From positions 281,722 to 345,721 of the forward strand of contig CAWCEQ010000001.1 of assembly GCA_963794645.1 (NCBI GenBank): a DNA stretch of 64,000 bases. The letters run 5' to 3'. A program made the position numbers and the translations under genes. Below are positions 57,017 through 64,000 of this stretch, piece by piece. This DNA comes from Vulcanimicrobiota bacterium. GTDB lineage: Bacteria; Vulcanimicrobiota; Vulcanimicrobiia; Vulcanimicrobiales; Vulcanimicrobiaceae. Position 1 is the stretch's first letter. The number at the start of each line of letters is the position of its first letter. The notes beneath the pieces are model-generated. The model did not search any database. It was given only the letters and a program-made list of their open reading frames with translations, and was not told where the DNA came from.

Positions 57017-59353
57017 ATGTCTCCCGCCGCGCTCCTGTTCTGTTCGGCTGCGCTCGTGCTGGGAACGCTGTGCGCGCTTCCGCTCGATTCCGACATTCGT
57101 CTACTCGCGAGCCTGGGTGCGGCCGGACTCGGTCTGTACGCGGCCTTCGGGCCCGGCGCGTCGCGGCGTCTTCGCGCCATCTTGCTCCTCGCACTCGCAG
57201 CGGGCATGCTCGATGCGAAACTGCGCGCGGGCGGCGCACCCGGCATCGTGCACGCGCGCACCGCGCGGTATGCCGGAGCGCTCGTCGCACGCGCGATGCA
57301 GGCCGACGGCTCGAGCGAACTCACCCTTGCGCTCGACGGCGGCATGCGCGCGCTGGCGGAGATTCGCGGTACGCCGCCGCCGATCGGCTCGCGCCTGCTG
57401 CTGCGCGGACGGCTCGAATCCTTCGACGAGCCTCGCAACCCCGGCGAGCCGAGCGAACGCGATATACAGCGCGAGCGTGGGCTCGACGCGCGCCTGGAGG
57501 CCGCGACGATTCTCTCCTCCGCGCCGGGAAGCACGCTCGACGCGCGCACGTGGCTGCCGCGCGCGCACGAATGGGCGCGCGATCGTCTGCACGAGCGCCT
57601 CGGCGAACCACAAGCCGCGGTCGTCGCGGGCGAACTCTGGGGCGCACGCGACGGGCTGCCGCCTGGGCTGCGCACCGAGTTTCAAGAGACGGGAACCGTG
57701 CACGTGCTGGTGACCGCGGGCCTCCACCTCGGCGTCGTGGCCGCACTCTGCCTGGCAGCGCTCGCCGCCCTTGCCCTCCCGCGCGCGATCGCCTGCGCGC
57801 TTACGGCGACGCTGATCTGGCTCTTCGTCTGGTGGAGCGGCGCACAACTGCCGGCCGTTCGTGCGGCAACGATGGCGACGGCGGCGCTAGCCGCGCGCGC
57901 CTGCGGTCGCGCCACGTTTTCGTGGAACGCTCTGGCGATCGCGGCCGCCGCCATCGCGCTCGCCCGGCCGGCTAGCGTCGCGACCGCATCGTTTGCGCTC
58001 TCCTTCTCGTGCGTCGGCGCGATCTTCGCGTGCGCCGTCCCGCTGGAACGCTGGATCGAAACGCGCGTCGCGCTGCCGGAACGCGTGCGCGAAGCTCTCG
58101 TGCTCTCGGTCGCCACCCAGATCGGCACGTGGCCGACCGGCGCGGCTGTCTTTCTTCAGTTTTCACCATATGCGATCGCCGCCAACCTCGCGGTCGTACC
58201 GTGCGTCGCGGCGACGATGACGCTCGGCGCCGCACAACTGGCCCTGGCATGGTGCGCGCCGCTCGCACAGGCTTGCGCGAACGTCAACGGCTGGCTGCTC
58301 GCGTGGATGCTCGGGGCGGTGACGACGCTCGCCGATCTGCCGGGCTCGTCCATTCCGATGACGCCCGCGCCCGGCTGGGCGATCGCAGCGTACGATGCGG
58401 CGGTGCTGGCCGCGCCGATGCTCTGGCAGCGGGGCGCGAGGACGCTCGCCGCAGCCACGCTCGCGCTGGCGATCGGATTCGTTCTCGCGCCGCCGCGCAC
58501 GTTCGACGGAAGGCTGCGAGTGACGGTGCTCGACGTCGGCCAGGCAGACGCCATCGTCGTGCAGACGCCTCGAGGCCATGCGCTGCTGGTAGATGCGGGC
58601 GGTCGCCTCGAGCGCGGCCCGCAGGTTGACGGCTCGCTCGCCGAACGCGTCGGCGAACGAATCGTCGTGCCCTTCTTGCTGCGGCAAGGCATTCACGAGG
58701 TGGACGCCGTCGTGCTCTCGCACCCGCACGGCGACCACGCCGGCGGCCTCGCGCCCGTACTGCGGCGCCTGCGCGTCGAGGAGTTCGCGGACGGCGGCCA
58801 GCGGTACGGCGGCCACGCGTATCGCGACGCGATCGCGACCGCGCGCGTGCAGGGCGTGCCGATCGTCTTGCCGCGCGCCGGCGCGCAATGGCGCACCGAC
58901 GACGGCGTCGTGCTGCACTTCATCGGGCCCTCGCTGCCTTTCATCGGCGGCGGCAACGCGATCAACAGCAACTCGGTCGCGTTTCTCCTCACCTACGGAC
59001 GCTTCCGGATGCTCTTCACCGGCGATGCCGGAAGCGAATCGGAGGAACGCTTCCTCTCCGAGGGCACGGACTTGCACGCCGACGTCCTGAAAGTCGGCCA
59101 CCACGGCTCCGCCTACGGATCGTCGCCCGCATTCATTGCGGCCGTTCGGCCGCGCTACGCGGTCATCTCGGTCGGGCGGCACAACCTCTTCGGACATCCC
59201 GCGCCTTCGACGCTCGATACGCTGCGGCGATTCGGCGTTCGCATCTACCGGACCGACGAGGACGGCGCCGTCTCGATCGTCAGCGACGGCATGGTGCGAG
59301 AGCATTGCGACGCAGCTTGGCGGCGACGAGACGCGCGAGGCCGATCAACCTGA
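57017..59353 (+). CDS. comEC: DNA internalisation competence protein ComEC/Rec2 with C-terminal metallo-beta-lactamase domain
   Basis: This is the real part of the 1511-aa track ORF, in frame from ATG 57017 (MSPAALLFCSAALVLG). It has a polytopic competence domain (FQETGTVHVLVTAGLHLG) and then an MBL domain (VTVLDVGQADAIVV...VLSHPHGDHAGGL...KVGHHGS). Confidence 0.85.
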   Translation: MSPAALLFCSAALVLGTLCALPLDSDIRLLASLGAAGLGLYAAFGPGASRRLRAILLLALAAGMLDAKLRAGGAPGIVHARTARYAGALVARAMQADGSSELTLALDGGMRALAEIRGTPPPIGSRLLLRGRLESFDEPRNPGEPSERDIQRERGLDARLEAATILSSAPGSTLDARTWLPRAHEWARDRLHERLGEPQAAVVAGELWGARDGLPPGLRTEFQETGTVHVLVTAGLHLGVVAALCLAALAALALPRAIACALTATLIWLFVWWSGAQLPAVRAATMATAALAARACGRATFSWNALAIAAAAIALARPASVATASFALSFSCVGAIFACAVPLERWIETRVALPERVREALVLSVATQIGTWPTGAAVFLQFSPYAIAANLAVVPCVAATMTLGAAQLALAWCAPLAQACANVNGWLLAWMLGAVTTLADLPGSSIPMTPAPGWAIAAYDAAVLAAPMLWQRGARTLAAATLALAIGFVLAPPRTFDGRLRVTVLDVGQADAIVVQTPRGHALLVDAGGRLERGPQVDGSLAERVGERIVVPFLLRQGIHEVDAVVLSHPHGDHAGGLAPVLRRLRVEEFADGGQRYGGHAYRDAIATARVQGVPIVLPRAGAQWRTDDGVVLHFIGPSLPFIGGGNAINSNSVAFLLTYGRFRMLFTGDAGSESEERFLSEGTDLHADVLKVGHHGSAYGSSPAFIAAVRPRYAVISVGRHNLFGHPAPSTLDTLRRFGVRIYRTDEDGAVSIVSDGMVREHCDAAWRRRDARGRST
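59319..59345 (+). repeat. Direct repeat copy A (inside the comEC 3' end)
   Basis: GGCGGCGACGAGACGCGCGAGGCCGAT matches 60941..60967 at 24 of 27 positions. Confidence 0.6.
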
Positions 59354-59434
59354 CGTCACGCACCACGAGGAGAATTGCGACCTCCGTCCAATTGCGTCGC
59401 CGTGTTATGAGGAGACCATCCCTTGGAAGGTGCT

Positions 59435-60898
59435 ATGTTGCGCATATTGAGGACCACGAGCGTTTTGCGTAGTCGCAGTTGGCTGTTGTCTGCGACCGTC
59501 GGCATTTTGTTGGCGGCCGCTGCAACGCCAGTTCTTTCTCAGGAGTCTACTGCGCCGCCGGCGGCACCGCAGGCAAACGGCGACCTTCAGGCTCAGATGG
59601 CGTACCAGCGGGGTGTGGACGCGGTGATCTGGGCCATTCCGATGGTCAGCATGGCCGAGTTTCGAGAGTCGGCCTTTAAGGCGTACGGCATGACGTTTAA
59701 CGACGTTCTCCTGTTTACTAAGCCCGCCACGCCCGAGCAAGAGCTGCTCACGGCAAATAACACGGTGCCGTACATGTGTGCCTTTATTGACTTGAAAAAC
59801 GGACCCGTGGTCGTCTCCGTGCCCGCCGCGTCTTCAAAAGCTTCGATTTTTGGTTCGGCGGTGGATGGCTGGCAGGCGCCGATCACGGACATGGGACCGT
59901 CAGGTGCGGATAAGGGGAAGGGCGGGAAGTACCTCTTTGTCGGCCCCGCGTACCGTGGCGCGATCCCTTCCGGTTACATCGTCATACGCAGTCACGAAAA
60001 TAAGGTAAACATCGGGCTTCGCCCGGTTCCCAGCGCCCAAGGTACGACCGAGGAGGCGCATACGTATGCGGAACGACTGAGCATCTATCCACTCGCGCAG
60101 GCCTCTGGGCCGCCGAAGACCCGCTTCATAGACGGGTCGGCGCGCCCGTGGCCGTCACTGCCCGTTTACGATATGAGCTACTTCCGAGAAATCGCAAAAT
60201 TCGTAAACGAAGAACCGATTCGTCCGCGAGACAAAGCGATGCTCGGCGAACTCGCTTCGATTGGGATAGCTCCCGGCAAGGTCTTTGCACCGGACGCAAC
60301 AACGACGCAAGCCTTGACGAAGGCGATCGCGGACGGCTACAAGTTCATGCAGTCGCTGTTCGAGAACTCGTTCGTACCATGGTGGCCGAAGAGCCAGTGG
60401 GGCGTCCCGGAGTTTACGGCGCCTTACGTCAACCTATTTACCTATGAAACGGCAACAACGCTCTTTTTCGACCAGCGCGCGTCAATCTTTTTTTGGGCCA
60501 CGTTCCTCCCGCAACATCTTGGCGGAGGCACCTTCTATCTAATGGCGCTCAACGACGCGGGCGGCAACCGGCTGGCCGGCGATCAGACCTACAAACTCCA
60601 CATCGCGCCGGGCGTTCCGGCTAAAGAGTTTTGGTCGGTCATCGTGTATGGAATGCAGTCGAAAGCGTTCCTGTTCACCAAAACCGAGCGCGCTGGGCTC
60701 AGCTCGCGGGACCTTTCGCATATGAAGCGTAACGCGGACGGCTCGGTGGACGTCTACTTTGCGCCCACAGCCCCCGCGGGAATGGACTCGAATTGGATTC
60801 CTACGGGCAAGGATTTCTTTCTAATCTTCCGCTTGTACGGACCCGAGAAACCGCTGTTCGACAAGACGTGGCACTTGCCGGACGTACAAAAAGTCTGA
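59435..60898 (+). CDS. Secreted DUF1254/DUF1214 domain protein
   Basis: ATG 59435 has GGAAGGTG upstream and gives the signal peptide MLRILRTTSVLRSRSWLLSATVGILLAAAA. It has the DUF1254-like AYQRGVDAVIWAIPMVSM and the DUF1214-like EFWSVIVYG and FFLIFRLYGP. G+C is visibly lower than in the flanks. Confidence 0.75.
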   Translation: MLRILRTTSVLRSRSWLLSATVGILLAAAATPVLSQESTAPPAAPQANGDLQAQMAYQRGVDAVIWAIPMVSMAEFRESAFKAYGMTFNDVLLFTKPATPEQELLTANNTVPYMCAFIDLKNGPVVVSVPAASSKASIFGSAVDGWQAPITDMGPSGADKGKGGKYLFVGPAYRGAIPSGYIVIRSHENKVNIGLRPVPSAQGTTEEAHTYAERLSIYPLAQASGPPKTRFIDGSARPWPSLPVYDMSYFREIAKFVNEEPIRPRDKAMLGELASIGIAPGKVFAPDATTTQALTKAIADGYKFMQSLFENSFVPWWPKSQWGVPEFTAPYVNLFTYETATTLFFDQRASIFFWATFLPQHLGGGTFYLMALNDAGGNRLAGDQTYKLHIAPGVPAKEFWSVIVYGMQSKAFLFTKTERAGLSSRDLSHMKRNADGSVDVYFAPTAPAGMDSNWIPTGKDFFLIFRLYGPEKPLFDKTWHLPDVQKV

Positions 60899-60940
60899 CG
60901 GCCAAGGCCGGCGTGGTTCGCTTCGCCTCGTCCCCGGCTC

Positions 60941-60967
60941 GGCGCCGACGAGGCGCGCGAGGCCGAA
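60941..60967 (+). repeat. Direct repeat copy B (17 nt upstream of the next ORF)
   Basis: GGCGCCGACGAGGCGCGCGAGGCCGAA. Its GACGAGGCG also forms the 3' arm of a 9-bp hairpin with CGCCTCGTC at 60924..60932. Confidence 0.6.
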
Positions 60968-60983
60968 GAGCCGGGCGACGCGA

Positions 60984-61862
60984 ATGCACCGGCCAGTGCC
61001 GGCCGCCTATCGCTCGCTCCTAGCTTTGGTGATCGCCGCCGCCGCAGCCGCGGCGGTGCTGGCGCATGGCACGATTGACGTCATCGCCGACTTTCTGGTA
61101 GCACACGCGAGCTACGACGACGTTCCCAGCCACGATTCGCGAGGGATCGGCGTCGCGCTCGTCACGCTGATCGCGGTAATCGTGGCGCTGCGCGGCCTGC
61201 GGCTCTGCTGCGATGCGGCGGCCAATCGAACGCTTGCGTCGTCACCCGCGCCGAGCTGGCGCAGCGCGCCGATCTTCGTGGGCGCGACGATGCTGCTAGC
61301 CTCGCTCGCCGTCCCCGCAATGGAACTCTTCGACGCCCGCTTGGCCGGCACGACGCTCGGCGGACTCGACGACGCGTTCGGCGGCTCCGTGCTTCTCGGA
61401 TTGACCACGACGCTCGCCTGCGCCGCCGCAGTCGCGGTCGCCGTCTTTGCCTTCGCACGCTGGATACTCTCGCAGCGCGCCCGGATCATCGCCGCAATCG
61501 CCGGCATGTTCCGCTCGCACTCGCAAAGCTCCGCGGCCCGCAGGCGCTCGCGCACCTTCGCAGACGCCCCAATTTGCCCGCGCAGACTGACCGCGCTACG
61601 CCGCGGCAAACGCGCTCCACCGTTCGATGCCCTCCGCCGTCCCAAAACGCTATCCGTACATTGCGAGGGCATCAATGATTCCAATTCTCGTTGCGGCGTG
61701 CTGTCTCATCGGCGGCACGGTCCACACTCCCGCCGGCGCGCCGATCGCGCAGGCTCGGCTGACCTTTCGTGGGCCGGCATCGGCAACGGTGTCAACCGAT
61801 GCGAAGGGCACCTTCTCGGTCTTCATCCCAGCCGGCAAATACGAACTCGCGGTCGTAGCTAA
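60984..61862 (+). CDS. Hypothetical membrane protein (3' end uncertain)
   Basis: G/C-rich third positions and several hydrophobic segments (LLALVIAAAAAAAVLA, IGVALVTLIAVIVAL, IFVGATMLLASLAVPA, VLLGLTTTLACAAAVAVAVFAF) run up to about 61660. The last 188 nt overlap the next gene and look non-coding. Confidence 0.4.
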   Translation: MHRPVPAAYRSLLALVIAAAAAAAVLAHGTIDVIADFLVAHASYDDVPSHDSRGIGVALVTLIAVIVALRGLRLCCDAAANRTLASSPAPSWRSAPIFVGATMLLASLAVPAMELFDARLAGTTLGGLDDAFGGSVLLGLTTTLACAAAVAVAVFAFARWILSQRARIIAAIAGMFRSHSQSSAARRRSRTFADAPICPRRLTALRRGKRAPPFDALRRPKTLSVHCEGINDSNSRCGVLSHRRHGPHSRRRADRAGSADLSWAGIGNGVNRCEGHLLGLHPSRQIRTRGRS

Positions 61863-64000
61863 AGGCTACGCGAGCGTTACGGTCAACACCGGCCAACTCA
61901 CCGACGGCTCCCGCGTCTCCGTCACGCTCGAGCCCGCCGACACGCCGAAACTGCGCACGATCGGGCAGGTGACCGTCAACGGCGGCTTCACGCTCGATCG
62001 CAACGTCGTCCCCGAGATGGACGTTTCGCGCGCCCAGATGGACGCGCTCGGCTATTCGCAAGTCGTGCAGGCGCTGCAAGAGGTGCCGTCGGTCGTGATT
62101 CAACATCCAGACGCCGGCGCGCCGACCGCGCCGTCGGTCGTCTCGCTGCGCGGCCCCGACCCATCCGAGGCGATGGTCACGCTCGACGGTCAGCAGCTCA
62201 ACGACGGCAACACCGGCGACCTCGATCTCTCGCAGTTCGCCGTTCCGGCCTTCAACAGCGTGAACGTGACCGAGGGACTCGGCCCCACCGATCTCGAGGG
62301 AAGCAACACGTTCGGCGGCGCGGTCAACTTCGTCTCGCTGCGCCCCACGGTTGACCCCCACGGCGCGATTTCGACCTCGATCGCATCGTACGGAACTACG
62401 CAGAGCTGGGCCAACCTGACCGGAACGATCGGCAAACTCGGCTACGCGCTGGCCGGCGACGACTACCAGCAGGCGGGACAAGTGAACCAGTACGACTGGG
62501 TCGTCCCCGCCAACAACCTGCCGATCTACTGCGGACCTGCGACGAAGAAGAAGACGCCGAACTGCCCGACGTATACGCATCTCGGATCCACGATTGCGGC
62601 GATGCTGGGGCTGGTAAATCTCGACTACAACTTCTCGCAGAGGTCCGATCTCGGATTCCGCGTCTTCACCCTCGGCAACAATCGCGACGAGTCGAGCGCG
62701 CTCAACGGCATCGCCGGGAATCCGACCTGCGTCTTTAGCGGCCCCGGGGCGGCGTGCGGTTTTGGGCCGTCCTCGAGCTCGCAGCAGGATGCGCCGAACC
62801 CGGTCTACGGCGATCACGTCGGCCCGGGCAGCGCGAACTTCGCACAGAGCATTCGCGCCTACGATGCGTACTCGCGCACTCCGCTGGGCGCGGGCACCGT
62901 CTTGGCCGATTTCTACGCCGGCGTCAATAACGTGGATTTCCAGGGCGGGGCGCTCTCGCCGTACGACGTATCGCACTTGGATACGCGCTACAACGAGGCG
63001 CTCTCGTGGGGGCGCACCTTCGACAACAGCGAGTTCGCGTTCGGCGGCTACTTGCGTCAGGAATCGCTCTCCGGAGCCTTCATCGGCGAGGACCTCTACC
63101 AGAGCATCAACTCGTACTACTTCCGCGGCTCGCAGCAGATCGGAAGTGCGCTGCGCATCTCGGGCGGGCTCTACGACGCCGATTACTCCACGTTCGGCAA
63201 CACGCTCAACTGGCGGCTCGGCGCCAGTTACGACCTTAATTCGTCGAGCGTCGTTCGCGCCTCGGTCGGCACGGGCTTTCGCGCTCCGCTGCTGATCGAA
63301 CGCTACTTCTTTCCGCCGGTGCTCGTAAACGGAAAACTCGAGCCGAGCCCGGGCCTGCCCCCACCGGATCAGAACTGCGTCGTCGCCGGCCAAGGCAACC
63401 CGGACGAAAAACCGGAGAACGCGACGGAGTACGAACTGGGCTACTCGCACCTCTTCTCCAGCACGTCGAACCTCGACGTCTCGATCTATCGCTCGAACCT
63501 GCGGGATACGATCGAGAACTACTATCCCGGCGGCGGATCCGAGACGTTCTGCAATACGAAACTCGGTTACGCGTACGAGATTCCGATCAACATCGGCAAC
63601 GCCGTCTACGAAGGTGCCGAGGCTCGCTACAAGCAGCTCTTCCCGCGGCAGAACCTCACCGCGACGCTCTCCTACGGTCTGAACGTCGCGTACCCGTACG
63701 CGCTAGGCCCGTGGGTCTCCAATCCAACCTCCGGCGGAACGCTCGTAGACTACCAGCAGTTTCTCGGCGTGCCGCAGCAGCAAGGATCCGCCGCATTCAC
63801 GTGGGCCGAGAAAGGCTGGCACGCCTCGACGGCCCTCACGGTCGCCGGTCGCAACAACGCGCTCAACCAGCAGCCGTATGCGCTTGTAGATGCGGCCTTC
63901 GGAAAGAACTTCGGCCACATAGATCTGACCATCGCCGGGACGAATCTCTCCAACGCCGTATCGGGGCCGTTCACGCAGTACGACGCCGGCGTTCCGTACC
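61675..64000 (+). CDS. TonB-dependent receptor with N-terminal carboxypeptidase-regulatory-like domain; 3' end beyond window
   Basis: The ORF is open to the window end, so it is absent from the track. Hand translation from ATG 61675 gives MIPILVAACCLIGGTVHTPAGAPIAQARLTFRG...GTFSVFIPAGKYELAVVAKGY. A plug-like region follows (VVSLRGPDPSEAMVTLDGQQLNDG), then a beta-barrel (GTGFRAPLLIERYF, PENATEYELGYSH). The 552-aa minus-strand ORF 61792..63450 is its shadow. Confidence 0.8.
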   Translation, partial: MIPILVAACCLIGGTVHTPAGAPIAQARLTFRGPASATVSTDAKGTFSVFIPAGKYELAVVAKGYASVTVNTGQLTDGSRVSVTLEPADTPKLRTIGQVTVNGGFTLDRNVVPEMDVSRAQMDALGYSQVVQALQEVPSVVIQHPDAGAPTAPSVVSLRGPDPSEAMVTLDGQQLNDGNTGDLDLSQFAVPAFNSVNVTEGLGPTDLEGSNTFGGAVNFVSLRPTVDPHGAISTSIASYGTTQSWANLTGTIGKLGYALAGDDYQQAGQVNQYDWVVPANNLPIYCGPATKKKTPNCPTYTHLGSTIAAMLGLVNLDYNFSQRSDLGFRVFTLGNNRDESSALNGIAGNPTCVFSGPGAACGFGPSSSSQQDAPNPVYGDHVGPGSANFAQSIRAYDAYSRTPLGAGTVLADFYAGVNNVDFQGGALSPYDVSHLDTRYNEALSWGRTFDNSEFAFGGYLRQESLSGAFIGEDLYQSINSYYFRGSQQIGSALRISGGLYDADYSTFGNTLNWRLGASYDLNSSSVVRASVGTGFRAPLLIERYFFPPVLVNGKLEPSPGLPPPDQNCVVAGQGNPDEKPENATEYELGYSHLFSSTSNLDVSIYRSNLRDTIENYYPGGGSETFCNTKLGYAYEIPINIGNAVYEGAEARYKQLFPRQNLTATLSYGLNVAYPYALGPWVSNPTSGGTLVDYQQFLGVPQQQGSAAFTWAEKGWHASTALTVAGRNNALNQQPYALVDAAFGKNFGHIDLTIAGTNLSNAVSGPFTQYDAGVPY

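Noticed and set aside
61792-63450. 552-aa minus ORF
   Set aside because: It is an antisense shadow of the plus-strand TonB-dependent receptor that runs to the window end.
1-64000. CRISPR arrays, rRNA or tRNA genes, transposases or integrases, toxin-antitoxin or recognisable defence systems
   Set aside because: I found none on either strand. All intergenic regions are shorter than about 220 nt, and no ORF shows the relevant motifs.

Overview
This is a 64-kb, densely coding, high-GC (by eye about two-thirds G+C) bacterial chromosomal segment. It probably comes from a diderm, given two TonB-dependent-receptor-like outer-membrane proteins, many lipobox lipoproteins and a Tat signal. I support about 47 protein-coding genes. 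I see no rRNA, tRNA, CRISPR array, integrase or transposase. Many long ORFs in the supplied track are Arg/Ala-rich antisense shadows. Two real genes run off the window edges and are therefore missing from the track (1..2971 minus, 61675..64000 plus). Gene content falls into four groups. (1) Housekeeping blocks: gyrA-trxA-selA, tsaE-tsaB-rimI-yqeK-rsfS, leuS, comEA and comEC. (2) A polyamine/GABA catabolic neighbourhood: Tat-exported flavin amine oxidase, gabT, patA, an aminoaldehyde-type dehydrogenase and a GNAT. (3) A second omega-aminotransferase/mmsA/APC-permease module. (4) A paralog-rich set of exported hydrolases: four tandem PLC/AcpA-type phosphoesterase lipoproteins, two S10 carboxypeptidases, two sortilin-like BNR proteins and two beta-propeller lipoproteins. 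Most noteworthy observations: (a) A strong intrinsic terminator sits 4 nt from the RBS of a heme-oxygenase-like gene that heads the phosphoesterase gene string, preceded by a 155-nt spacer with promoter-like boxes and a Tyr-rich mini-ORF; this is a candidate attenuator or riboswitch-type leader of no class I recognise. (b) The phosphoesterases alternate as two subtypes in B-A-B-A order. (c) selB is translationally coupled inside an OMP / amine oxidase / amidohydrolase operon, away from selA. (d) patA has no canonical start codon and lies in frame behind the gabT TGA stop; ATT with a good SD is the simplest reading. (e) One-nucleotide frameshifts interrupt essential leuS once and an HTH/NB-ARC/TPR regulator twice. 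(f) A low-GC DUF1254/DUF1214 gene is bracketed by a 27-nt imperfect direct repeat at the comEC 3' end. I found no clearly recognisable defence or mobile system. The novelty claims are hypotheses that need transcriptomics and comparative genomics.
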